This document shows, one piece after another, positions 50,606 through 64,000 of a DNA stretch of 64,000 nt. How positions within the stretch are numbered: the first letter of the stretch is position 1; every line of letters begins with the position of its first letter. A program made the translations under genes and the position numbers. The stretch covers positions 6,262,001-6,326,000 of the forward strand of contig OZ059897.1 in assembly GCA_964057225.1 (NCBI GenBank), read 5' to 3'. The DNA comes from Auanema rhodensis. Taxonomy: Eukaryota; Animalia; Nematoda. Below the pieces are notes generated by a model. The model was not told the origin of the DNA. It did not search any database and saw nothing but the letters and a program-made list of their open reading frames with translations.

Positions 50606-51860
50606 TTCCTTAATCAGACGACACCCCTTTTAGATTACAATTTGCCTTGTCCTCGAATATACATTATTTTCTTTTTGCAGCATTTAAACATACTGTACTA
50701 TGATCTTTCTTGAGTTTTCAGTTAAAATCATACAATTAAAAAGAAAAAAAAACTTTTCAATTGATAAAGTAAAATCATTTTATAAAATTATTTTTAAATA
50801 TAAATAAACTAAGCCGCTTTTAAAACTTTGAAATGCTGGAAGTAGGAACATGAATGGTTTTTTTGATTTTTCATGTAAATTTCATTTATTTTATTAAAAT
50901 TATTTGAAAGAATGAAATGATACATGAGGGAAACAGGAAATGTTTGAAATTTTCCAGGTAACAATGTCTTATCTTTTATTGATTTGATGCTTTATACATA
51001 TAATTAACTGACAACAAGTATATATATACATATTAGTGTTCAGTTATCAAGCCTGATGCAATAATATCATTTTTATATTTTAAAGTGAGACTAAAATATA
51101 TCATTTTCAGATAAATATTTTCATTTGAATTAATTATTTGAAAATATTTCTTTGAAACTTAATATTCAAAACTACATATTAGCAAAGAAAATACTTATTC
51201 AAATATAGGCATGCTACTTCAAGAGATTCATGTATTATCCAAGGTATATAAAGCTTGGATCAAGCTTTAACTAACTAAGTTGGAAAATACCCTGAGCTTG
51301 TTTATGTAATTCAGTTTAATGAATCAAGCACATGTATCGTTTGACGTACTTTGATATTTACTGATAAAGAGATTGAGCTACATGAAACCTCCACGTTTTG
51401 CAGTTCGTGTTGTCGCAGTGAAATGAGCAACATCAACCCCATGATGAGATCTGAGTAACAGATTCATTAAAACAAAAGAGAGAGAGAGAGAGGGGGGGGG
51501 GAGGGAGAGAGAGAGAGAAAAGAGGGTGGAGTGATAAAAATTTGTTTAACCTTTAACGGTTCTCTTTAATTCTTCAACTGAGCAACCTCTGTATACTAGA
51601 TATTACTATCACCATCTAATAACTTTTTTTTATTTTTCTTTTCAGTATCTATTGAATTGTCATGTCCTCTATATATTTAGTTCATAAATACAATTCAACA
51701 GTTATTTAAGTATGAAACAGATAAAATGACTAAATGATGATAACATTATAATGCATAGATTATGATTACATGCTGTCATCAATATACTTGAATGTATCAA
51801 TAACCTCTGCATACATTCCCATTAATTTTCTTGAATTTTTTTTATTTTATTCTATGTATG

Positions 51861-51971
<111 letters not shown>

Positions 51972-52920
51972 ATAGCATTTAAACATTGATTTTTAAATAT
52001 TTGTAAAACAATTAGTTCAAGGCTAATTCTTGGAAGAAAAATGAAGAAATGAAATTTAATTTCAATCATGATGACTGACGTAGTCAAAAGAATTTGGCTC
52101 ATAGATGAAGAAAAATTATTTCATATACTATATTACAATTTTACTAATTATATATACATATTAGAAAGCTATATATACATATATGTATATATAAATTCTA
52201 CTGTAAAATATTATAAACGGAAACTGAGTCATCAGTCTAGAGAGAAGATCGGCAGTTGGTTATGATGTGTTGGTTATACACCAAATGAGATATAACAGTT
52301 GGTTGAACCTTGAAACTACAATGATGTTGAAGCTCGTCTTATCATTTGAGAGGATTCTTTTGAAATAATTTCATTTAAAAATTGATAAACGAAACTTCGA
52401 TAAGATAAGAGAGAATAAAAATGTATATAAGCTGAATGGGGGCTGGCACACTAATCTGTATTTGATTGTCCTATTCCTTAAAGCACGCATGTATGTACGC
52501 TATTGTGAATTGAGCTTTTCACCTATTTTATTATCGTCTATATATCATTAAGCTATTTCACACTATAACAATCAAATATCCGTCATAAAAGGTCAAAAAT
52601 TAGCAGACAACCGAATTTTAAGTTTCTTTTTTGAAATTCCTATGATCATATATCATCTGATAAGTGCAATAACCATATCAAATAGGAACTACGGAATACA
52701 TCATACTCACCTTTGCTACTCTCTTATCATCTTTGAACAAATAACTTCTCTCCTTCTTTCTTTTTTTCTTTTTTTTCATTCAGTACTTTTTCTGTTCTAT
52801 TCTTATTTTTCATTTTTTTTTACTTCCATCTTTATCATTCTATTATTAAAATTTTAAAATTTCTGATATTTAATCTGTTCTCTGATTCTTATTATTCAGA
52901 ATTTGATTGTTTTTATTCAA

Positions 52921-53009
52921 ATTTTTCACGTAAATCCGATAAATTCACGTGAAAAATAACGTCATTGTACTTGATTCATTCATATTGCGGAAATCCTACA
53001 GAGCGGTTG
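52921..53009 (-). other. Bipartite element (CAACCG-N22-GAATGAATCA) plus downstream ACGT hairpin
   Basis: Perfect 11-bp inverted repeat ATTTTTCACGT/ACGTGAAAAAT at 52921-52957; TCACGTGA at +52. Confidence 0.5.
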
Positions 53010-53821
53010 ATTATTCGTTTACATCCGCATACTCGTACTTCCTCTCATTCTTATATTTATTTTATTCCATCGTTTATCATATTATATATATAACTCGTAT
53101 GATTATTAGGTTTTTTGAATACTTTTGTTGGAGAATTATGGTTAAGACTAATGAAGCCAAATAGTTGTTTTTACATATAGTTATAGCTAATAATGAATAT
53201 TATATTAACTATATATTCATATAATCTTATCATAGTTAATTATAATAAGATAAATAATTATATATTTGCTATAATATTATATGAATATTGTTTGGAATTT
53301 TAAAGCATTTGGTTACAAATCATACTCTTTCTCTCTCTCTCTCTCCCTCTCTATGAACTTCCTATTTGAACTTCCTCTATCTATTTTGCTAAAATCATTT
53401 CTATAACTATTTTGTCCATTATTTTATCTGATTTGATACAATTACAATTGTAAATTTTTTTTTTGCCATGGCAGTTTGCCAAGTCTTGAGATCATAGCTA
53501 TGCTTCTAATACATACGATCTCTTTAAACTTGCTTTTTTTTGCATTTTTTTTTCGAATCAAAAGACCATTCGATGATATTACAACCGCAATTCGTACATA
53601 TCTTGATTTCACGTTAAAAGTAAACACAATTTAGAAAATAAATAGGAGGATACGTTCAGATGAGAAAAAGAGGAAGGACGAGATTTAACAATTTGCATCA
53701 TCTGATATCTGAAGATGTTACGAAATTCAGAAAACCACTACATAGTAGATAGTTTAATCTCAGAGAGAATGTGAGGTAAAGATAGAAATAAGAAAAAAAT
53801 CATAGAGAGAAGGTATAAGAG

Positions 53822-53857
<36 letters not shown>

Positions 53858-54134
53858 AGAATTAGAAGGTAAGGGTATACGATCAACGACGAAGAATAAG
53901 ATGTCTTTCGTCTTTTGCGTTTTCATAGCTGTTTTTAGTGTCAAAGTACATAACGTGGGCGGACGTTTTCGGCTACTTCTCAGGCCAATATATAAAGCCG
54001 GGAAATGGTGAGTTCATATGTGTGGAACAGTGAAGAAGCGTTCTTGCTGCTCTATCAAAGCTATAGCTCATTAGATCCATTCACTATTACACTCTTTTAT
54101 GATTATTCGAATAACTAAAACATTTTTGCTCATT

Positions 54135-54296
54135 TTTCTTTTAGAAATCATAGGATTTGAAGAGAAAAAAAGAAGGAAAGATATGAATTTTCAACTAGTT
54201 TTCAAGCAATTTTTTACAAAGCTGAATAGTCAATCATCATGCCTATATGAGAGAATAGTTACAGTAGATAAATCTTCTCAGAGTTATAATAAATAA
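54135..54296 (+). mobile_element. Possible mariner relic
   Basis: LEIIGFEEKKRR...L...YERIVTVDKS..SYN resembles L..LG...K..RW and RIVTGDEKW..Y.N. Confidence 0.35.
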
Positions 54297-55487
54297 TTTG
54301 AGAATTTCTTTTCAAAAAAATCCTCAATTAATGGTGGCGGAACACTGTTTCTCAAAGTTCTCTCTCTTTCTATATGTATAATATATCTACTCAAGATCAC
54401 AAAGGGAGTAGGTGGAGGAAGAAGGAGGAGAGAGAATGCTCTATAGTCTTCTGCAGAAACTAGAGCAGTCTTTCACCAAAAACTGATGAAAAGCTGAGCA
54501 AATGCTTCAATGAATCAGATGTCACTTCTTTCGGATTCAGCTATCATTTCTTCATGTTCTTCTAATCGTGTTTACAAAGAGATTGATATTCCAATACAGA
54601 AACTACTGTCTAAACTATTACTGAATGTATTCTTTGGTAAAACATTCAAACTTCTATTGAAATAAGCATATTTTTATTGTATATTCTATATAATTTGATT
54701 GAACAAAGTTGAAAACTTCAACTTCATTGTGTACTTTTGCAGTTAGCAACTGTATGTCTCATCTGTAATCATAGGTCAATGATTCTCTAGGAGAAAAAAA
54801 AACTTTTTTTTTCTCAACTTCAGTCAGCACTTAAGTTCTATTTTAATACTACAGTAACAACTTTTCTTTCAATCTTTTTTCAAAACTTTATCTTATTTTA
54901 TTTATTAACCAATAATTATATGTCTGATTGTACTTCATTTATTTTAAAAAAGAAAAAATAAAACATCTGGATGCAAAGTGCTTTCTTTCTGTTTTTTTAT
55001 AAATTAATCTTCTTTTTCTTTTCATCAAAACTTTCTTAAATACAGTCAATATTTCTTGTTATGATATCAAAAGAAGTTTAAATTTCTTGTAATTGAAACT
55101 TTGAGACATCAAAAAATATTTTTTTTGTTTTTATTTTTATAGAAATATTCATTTTCTTTCAAAAAAATGAGAAATGAAATCCTTCAAAATTTGGTTGAAG
55201 CATAATAATTTTTTGTTTTTAAAAATCTTTATATAAATAGAATTTTTTTTAAAAAAAAGAACAGGAAAACCATTTTTCATCTATTTGTACTGATTTTGAT
55301 CTTCGAATCCAATCCAACCACAACTGAAGAACAATTTACAAATGTTGCTTGTTTTACTTCTGCTTATACACACAATCAAACATATACTACTAACGTACAT
55401 AAGAGATTTAGCAACTCTCATCGACTATATTAACCTTTCAGATTATAATTTTTTTTTTTGGAAATTCAAAAGAATAGTCAAGAGGTA

Positions 55488-55566
<79 letters not shown>

Positions 55567-56374
55567 TCTCTATATATGATTATTTTATACCTAATAGCAT
55601 ACATACGATATGTACATTGGCTAATCTGAATGAGTACTTTCATTCCATCATTCCCTTCTTCATCTATCTCTCCATATTCCTCTTCCTGCCTAACGTCAAG
55701 TGATTCAATTCAAATTCTCTTTTGGGTGATATGTATACGGGGGGGTGAAAACTAAAGTTCATATGATAAATTCCATCGATCTTTGCTCATTAAAACAAGA
55801 AAAAAGTTTTTTTTGATTTATTATGAACATCAGCCAATTCAAAATTTATGTAATTAATCAAAAAAAAACAATTTCTAATTATCATCTTCGTTCACAATTG
55901 CCTTCATCAATAACATGTTCAATCATTAGTTTGAAGCGAAATTTGTCTTTAACTTCTATGAAATGTCATCAATGTTTTTAGATTTCTATTGACATTAAAC
56001 GTTTTTAAAAATGCTTTAAATATGCTCTTCAAGTTTTTTGCTTATTGCAACTTTTTCGTGAAATGAGATTGATCTATTAGATCGCGATCAAATTTCCGTA
56101 TATTCAGCTGCTTGTCGTATTTGATACAACATTTCTCATTTTTTAAATTTACAATTGGTTTTTAGAAAATAATTATACTTGAACTAATTGTTCATAAATA
56201 TTATTTGTTAGAATATACATACATATGTTGTGATATACATTTTCTTTAGAGGAAAAAGCATAGTATTTGATTTCAATCTAGAAATTTAGGACAAAGCAAG
56301 CTGTTAAGTAAAAACTTTTTTTATATCTCCCTCTCTTAATCTTTCTCTCTTTCTCTCTCTCTTTCTCTCTCTCT

Positions 56375-56416
<42 letters not shown>

Positions 56417-58646
56417 AAATGTTTAATGCAGATAATAATACTTAATCAGTTTGTTTATTCTTTTAGAAAAACTCTCAAAAAACCTTTGATATGACATTCC
56501 TACTTCGTTCATTCTTGATCTTTAAAGTTATTATCCAAGACAATGATGATATTTCTCCTTTTTTATTTCAACGAAATTAAGTGCAAATGTACTTGACATA
56601 AGATTTTGGATTTTCTTTCTGTTCTTCAAAAAAAAATTCTTATAATTCAATTTAAGAAAAAGTGAATGAGTAAGAAACACATTCAAGGCAAACACATAAA
56701 GTTAGAAGAATGACTAACTCATTCTCATTACGAAACGTTTTTTTCTGTCAATTTCTTAGCAAAAGTTTTAATTTTTTCAAGTTTTTAGATGTGTTTTTTC
56801 TAATTTAATTATTAATCTTTTTGTAAAAATATTAATGCTGAAGATGGCATCAAGTTCAAAGAGTTTTAAACGAAATCAAATAACTACTTCCAGCTTTTTT
56901 GTCATTTCTTCCAAAAAAAAATCCTTTTATATCGAAAATACATTTATCCGGCCATTTGTAATATATGATAGATTGTCTTTCATTTCTTTTTCTTTCTTTT
57001 TTTTCTTGTAGTAATCATTAATCGTATAGATTAGCAACCTCTAAATGGCTCATCCAATTTGGATTGTAATCGTAATAGTACAGCTGAAGGTTAAATTGGC
57101 TACGGCTGGTCATTTATTCCATTAAAATCAAAATATTCCTTCAACAATCATCTGTGTCATTCTTTTCTTTTCTTTGATTTTTCGTTTTTTTTTGTCAAGA
57201 AAATGGTATAAAAGGAAGAACAAAAAAATGGTTTGTTCCTTGTATTTGTGAAGGATGTTTCACTTACTTCCTTATTTTTGATTTCTTGTTCTTTAGTATA
57301 AACACATAATCTTGTAAATTTCTAATTACTTAAGATATTGTAGTTAAGTTCGAAATAGTTTCATCATATTGTTATCTTATAGTAAAGGACGTTGCTTTTC
57401 ATTGCTAGTTCAAGTTTGTTGACCTTGTAATCTCAAATCAACATTTCGAAGTGTTCACAAGAACAAAAAAGAGCGGAAAGGGAGGATGGGGAGTTTTTGG
57501 AAGGTAAAGAGATTGAAAGAGAGAGAGAGAGTGAGAGAGTGAGAGAGAGAGAGAGAGAGGTAGTTTCAAAGAATAAATGTTTTATTGGTCAATATGTTTT
57601 ATAGAGTAATAATATAATCAAGTTATAACATCATATTGAACTTGAACGACGACTCAAGGTGTTTCTGTTGTCACTTCTCCCAATTCTTCTATTTTCCTTG
57701 GTTGGGGCAAATCATTGTGAATGTACATTCTCGCATTCTCAATGCTCTTCAAAAGTGGTTTGAATCATGAATCAGATGTATTTCCTCTATAGGTAGAGAG
57801 ACATCAGAAGCACAATGACGTCATGTTATTGACTGACGACACCCAATTTCCTTATTATCCTCTCTATTCATTGTTTTATACTCTTGACTAATGGTATCAA
57901 TATAATACTTTTATTTTTACTTTAACCACTACATATCTTATGAAATCATCTAGTGAAACCTTCTTAAATTAATAAAAAATTTGTGAAACGACTAGAAAAC
58001 AAGTCATTCAATGTTTTTTGCTCTTATTGATATCTTGCAAAACATTGATAGAAAAAATAATTTATAATGAGTCAAACAAGCATGATACGTTGTATTACCA
58101 GAGAGATTTCGTAAGATCTTTTTGATTTCTGGTTACGACGTCTGGTCACAACTGATGTCATTGCGCAGAGGCAGAGATATACACGGCAACGAACAGCTGT
58201 TGCACAGAACAGACGGATCAGTTACGCAAACTTTATGAATTAAAATCCTTTTCTGTAACAGAGTAGAGTGAACCCTAGTCTAGAATCATTGCTAATTCTT
58301 TTCATTTCTTTCAACAAGTTTTTGTTTTATCTCCAGAATCGTATGCTCATTTCCCATTTATATTTCCTTTATTTTTATTTTTAATGAAAAGAACAATCGC
58401 AGGAAGGCTTAATACAACCTGCACAACATTGATTTCTGGACCTTTAGACGGGCAACAAATTGCCGAAAAAAACTGTCGAAAAGGTAAAATCAAATAAAAA
58501 GTTTAGCGGATTGAGAAAGAAGTTCAAACACAAGACATTTTGCTGATCATATTTTGTATTTTCTACAAAATGCATGAATGCAAATGTGGCCAAAATTTAA
58601 AATAAAATACAGAATAATTTTTTTTTTCAATTAAAAAAGGAGATAA

Positions 58647-58677
<31 letters not shown>

Positions 58678-58683
58678 ATGAGA

Positions 58684-58728
<45 letters not shown>

Positions 58729-59831
58729 CCTAATTCAAAAATATCTAAGAGGTAATATTTATGTTCCATTTTTGTTGATCTCATTTATAAAATATTTTTC
58801 TTATGATATTTACTCTTAAAATGGATTTTTCATTTCATTTTCAATACTCCACTTCATCAGGTTTTACTTACACAATCTAAGCTTTTCATGCTCATTAAAA
58901 GTTTAAAAATACAAAAATTATTTCATTTTATAGTTTTATTCTGCCCACATCTATATATTGAAATATATCATTCTTATTTCAAAATATCTCAAATATCTTT
59001 CTTTACCTAAAAATAAAAAAAAATTATTTTCTTTTTATTTATTACAATATTTATTTTATAAAATATTTTAACTATCTATAGAAAAAAAGAATAAGAATCG
59101 ATCTAATACGTATCATTTTCTCTTTTTTTTTGTTCGTTTGATCTATAGAATTTGACATTAAAATTGGTTGAAAGTAACTCTTGTACTGAATAAAAAACAA
59201 CAAAAACCATCAATAATTGCCATTGAAAGGATGATTTGAATGACTTTTCATAAATTTTCTCATATGAAACATGTGAAAAATCCCTAATAATCATCAATTA
59301 ATTGTCAAATGAATAATGTATGTATATATAAATATATTTTATATTTATATAACATTGTGATTTATATATAATTATATCATATAGTTAACATATAATAAAA
59401 TATGCACTCAACTTGACTTCATTTTAGTTTCAACTATTCCTTCCTCTTTTTCACACATTTTCGACCTTTTTCCCGTTAAAACTAAAAAAGGAGAAGATAT
59501 TGTTCATTCACTCACAATTTTTAACTTCTGATTTTTATAAAAACTATACTTTACACATGACGTCATATATTGCCAATATTTTTCTTCCGACCTGACTACC
59601 CCGCCTTTTTCTGTGATTACGTGTAACTGCTTTCAATTTGGTAATCGTCGCTTTTCTCATCTCTGATTCTTTTATTTGTCGTCGTCCATAATCAGATCGT
59701 CATCAGATATATCAAGCTATGAGTAATCTTATTACAGAGCATGAAAAGAATATTCGCAAAATCGTTTTAACGCTAATCTTCTACATCTGAACTGACAATT
59801 TTTTTGATTTCGTACTCACGGTTAAACAACA

Positions 59832-62305
59832 ATGGATCCATATTTACAAAGTTCGCTGAATGGTATTGGAACTAATCCAACAGTTCTGAATCAGTCACCA
59901 GCAGAATTGCAAGCTTGGATAGCAACTTTGCCAGATGTAAGTAACATTTTATCTTGATCAGCACATGCCACATCAAGAATGTCTTGTTCACAATACATAT
60001 ACACATACACCTACACACACACCCACATACATACACACTCACCTATACATATGTATATATACACATACATTTAGAAATATAGATACCATTATAAACAATA
60101 AAATGATTGATTTATTACAGTTCCCTCGCTACTTGGCTCATCTACTTCAAGAACAGAAACAACAGCAGCAGCAACAACTATTTGAAATGCTTTATGGCTC
60201 GATGTCTCGTCCGCTTCAACCTATCTCAGGTGAGTCCGGAGAGGTGTCGTAGTTGAAACCTGTTTTTTCGACGATAACTCTTATTTATATTTGAAAATGA
60301 TGTTTAATTTTAGATCTAAGAACGTTTAATATGTCCTTACAAACAGAAAACGCATTAGCACCGCTTCAAGTGGTAAGTATAACTTAATTAGCATATTAGA
60401 ATATAGGTCACGTGAATATTATCTCGTCTCACGTGATCAGTTTTTGATTATTATTAACTCTATATGCGTCATAGTAAACAGCTGCATTCATACTCAACCT
60501 TTTAACATGATTCATTAATTACTTCTTTCAGAGAAATCAACTGGATGCAACATACGCGTCGTTGTCTAGTGCTAGTGCTCATCTCGTTTCTTCAATAAGT
60601 TCAACTGCAACTACATCCAACAAGCCAGTCATGGCATCTCAAATACCTGTTCCAACTCTACATGCTTCATATGATGTTCCCTTGGATTTACAGAGAAATG
60701 CGACATTGATGTCATATACTTCTCAAATGGAGCCTATACCTAGTGTTACTGCTCCTATTGCATCTACAACCATCTCTTCAGCTCCAGATGGAAAAACTAT
60801 GTTGAATTCAGTTGGGGGTTTAGCTTTTAACCCTCTTCTTACTAATTCTAAAGTTACCACGAACATGTCTTCTCCAGCCCATGAATCTGCTTCAAATCTA
60901 TATGCAGATGCATGGAAGAAAATTGGTCAGCAAAATTTTCTGGAGCATTTACAAACACCACCTGATACATCCCGCAGTTCGCCTGCTAGCCCTTCAACCA
61001 ATTCGTGTATTGCTTCAATTTGGCAACCATTTCAAACTCTCTATACAATGCAAATGACTTCGCAAGCTTTACCAATAAGTGCAACTAGTGATGGGAATAA
61101 CAACGATATGGTTTCGAACAGAAACAACGGAAAATTGAAAAGAAAGCGAAGCAGTGGTGACTCAGCGAAGCTTCTTGGAGCAACAATTAGTTCTCCGATT
61201 ATGAAATTTGCCAAAGGTTAGTTCGTTTCATATGTCCTTCTGTGTATGCCATAACTGAATTCAGAAGCACCTGAAGTTGGTTGTGACTATCAGCCTGGCA
61301 CATCACGTACATCACAAGCAAGTCCATGTGCTGAAGAAAGTATAACAGTCAAAAAAGAATCTGAGGACGATTCTGACGTATTTATCAATGTAGAAAGTGA
61401 GCCAGCTAATGGAAAAGTTCGTAGAGATCAGAAACGAGCCTTTTACTCAAAAGTAAAACATCTCTTAAAAAGGTAAAACAACTAATTCTCAAGTATTCAT
61501 ACGAAATTTCATGAACAATTGTTTCAGAGGATGCTCATTAACATGTAATTTATGTAAAAAGGATGTTCTTACAAATCACAACAGTGTAACTGATCATGTA
61601 GCCGAACATTCGGGTGAGAAACAAGTAGCTTGTGTATTCTGTGGATGGACTACATTTGAAAAGAGCCAAATGGGCATTCATATGAAGCAATATCATCCAG
61701 ATAAGAAGGTGAGCTAGCCAATTCATAATCAATTTCAGTCATTTTGATAATTTAGGAACAGAAATACGAAGATATACGTGATTTATCTAAGATGATTGAA
61801 GTTATTAACAATTGCTTCCCACAACCTGCGAGAGCTCGTCATGAATATGCCGGAAAATTGGAATCGTTTGTTCAGTAAGTTTCATTCATAATTTTTACAT
61901 AAAATTCAAAAATTATTCCAGAACGTTAATGGAAAGAAACATAACTAGAATAGATTGTGGAATATGTGAAATAAAAATTCCAGTTAGTAAGAAAATCATC
62001 GAAAAACATGCAACAAGCCATCCATATTTCAAGTAAAAATTCTGAATAATGAATAACACATATCGAAGTTATATTGTTTCAGATGCAAAAATTGTGGTTT
62101 TCTAACTAATAATGAGCAAGATCAAGTAACTCATCAGCTTAAAAACCATAACTTCAATGAGGGACTTCAAGTCGAAAGTGAATACACTCGTTGCACAACT
62201 TCTGATGTTATGACAAAAGTTCTTCGCAAATGCTTTTATAAAGCATTTCAAGAAATTGAAAAAACTCATCCAGCTCTTTCATATTCTGCTCTATCTACTT
62301 GTTAA
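59832..62305 (+). CDS. C2H2 zinc-finger protein with four fingers in two tandem modules and a Q/S/T-rich N-terminus
   Basis: Nine exons in frame; CNLC..HVAEH, CVFC..HMKQYH..CFP, CGIC..HATSH, CKNC..HQLKNH..CF; basic KLKRKR segment. Confidence 0.88.
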
Positions 62306-62780
62306 GTGTGAGCAGTAACTCAAATTTCAATTGAAAGCTAAAATGAATATATGTACATACCTTATATGTATCTACTATATATACAATGCTGTATCAGGGC
62401 TTTCAACATTTTTTCTTAATTTTTAAAAAATTCTTTCCTTCTTGCTAGTAAACTTAAATGGTCTCATCTGTTTTTCAAATTATTATTATATAATATAAGT
62501 TAATTTTTATTATAAATATTTCAATCTTTTGTTTGTTTTTAACACAAAAAGAAGCATCATGATATGAAATCTACTTTTTTTTCAACTTTTAGAATCTTTT
62601 TAATCCTTTTTCTGTTTTCGAATTTATTTTTTCCTTCCTCTACATTACCTGCCTTTTCATTTTATTTTTTCAAATTACATTGCTGCTTTAAAACATCTTT
62701 TTTCTATTTTTTTGTTGTTCAAACTGACTTCAGCTAGAATCTCGTTAACTTGTGTCGTTCAAAAACTTTTTTGTTGGCGG

Positions 62781-64000
62781 CTAATACTTTGTACAGTATG
62801 CCATTATCACAAGATCTTCTTGCAATAGCTGTTCAATCTCGTTCTCTTTCTGATTTTCTTTTTATATTCATAACTATGCCAATACTTGATTTAATAAATT
62901 TGTTTTTAATGTTTTTTATGGAGAACTGACCTCTAAACCCTCTGTACTCGGCAGTTGTCGTCCAGTACCACGTGGCACATCACAAGAAGCACGTCGTAAC
63001 TGAATTTTTTAATTTTCAAAAAAATTTAATTTTTAATTCAAATTAATAGCATTAAATAATGTATGTTATTTGTTTAATTAAACGGAATTGATGTTTAGCT
63101 ATTTGCTTGATGATAGCTACTTTGAATAAAATATATAATTAGCATAGTTCACGCAAATATGCATGCAATGCGTGAAATATTCATTTCTGTTTTAGCTCAT
63201 ACGTAAACCGGTTGAATACACTTCCAGAATATAAATCCCAAAGCACTTTTCTGTTTTTATTAATTTTGTATTGTAAAAGAATAATATTATAGATTATATT
63301 ATATATGGAAGAATTTGAGTAGTTACCTCTTGTCCATCATTAACAGATAATAACTCAGCTGAATGAGCTCTTAATGGTAATTCGCCTACAGTTAAAAATG
63401 ATGAAGCTGAAATTTATTATTTTTTATTTCATTTAAACTATATGTAATAGCAGTACCTCTACTTTGAATATTTGCTTGAAAGTTATTGTGTTGAGGCAAA
63501 TCTTGATGACTTTGAACAAGGCTTCTTTGCACATATGGAGTTTCTTTTGGCATTAATGGAAACACCTGAGCTATTTTGGTTGGAGAACCGAAACATCCAG
63601 ATTCTCGATCTATTACTGTATCTATGCTGAAATTCAGTTAACTTAGTTTCTTATAATTTAAAAATATTTTACGTTTGTTCTTGAGAATGATCCTCTAAAA
63701 GAAGAGGGAGTGGTCGGCATTGGCTTGGCTGTTCACTTCGAATCTGTTCACGCTTCTGCTCCGGTTTGCATGTTCTGAAACTCAACAGGATTAAGATGAT
63801 CTGGTGATCTGATGACAGGCTTTCCAAGACAAAATAAAAATAGAGTCAAGTGTCTTGAAGAAAATTACATGTTCATGAATTATGAAACTCACGTTGTAAC
63901 CGGTGGTCGTTTTTTCAAACAGAAACGATACAGATAAACCGCAGTTATAACCACGGCCAGTCCGCCGACCACTCCTGATACGAGTACCGCGATAGTAAAC
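62781..64000 (-). CDS. 3' part of a single-pass membrane protein gene (5' end outside window; last exon tentative)
   Basis: FTIAVLVSGVVGGLAVVITAVYLYRFCLKKR (TM helix + basic stop-transfer), then in-frame exons TCKPEQ..., IDTVIDRE..., ASSFLTV..., LRRASCDVPRGTGRQLPSTEGLE, KENEIEQLLQEDL...*. Confidence 0.65.
63144..63214 (-). other. Bipartite element (CAACCG-N22-AAATGAATAT) plus TTCACGCA/TGCGTGAA hairpin, intronic
   Basis: 12-bp inverted repeat with one mismatch at 63144-63180. Confidence 0.5.

Overview
AT-rich eukaryotic DNA with many short (~45-55 nt) GT-AG introns. It is very likely a rhabditid (clade V) nematode, given a lect-2 orthologue, lys-1/7/8-type lysozymes, a DB-module gene and a pepsin-inhibitor gene. 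Bases 1-5107 are a 221-bp tandem array of tRNA-Leu(TAA) genes on the minus strand (23 full copies plus 1 partial); the 81-aa ORFs there are artefacts. After it come a DB-module gene, an aspartic-protease-inhibitor gene and lect-2. Next is a cluster of five divergent lysozyme-like genes and one broken paralogue, with a 491-bp inverted repeat, gene-conversion tracts and mariner relics. The rest holds an uncharacterised 393-aa gene, a BTB-BACK gene, two uncharacterised minus-strand genes, a C2H2 zinc-finger gene and the 3' part of a single-pass membrane protein gene. The main unexplained signal is a dispersed fixed-spacing element, CAACCG-N22/23-AAATGAAWAT, found by eye about 11 times in introns and intergenic DNA on both strands. 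Several copies are followed at a near-constant distance by a TCACGT...ACGTGA hairpin, so this is a candidate small-RNA promoter or ncRNA family. Gene models were spliced by hand and counts are manual.
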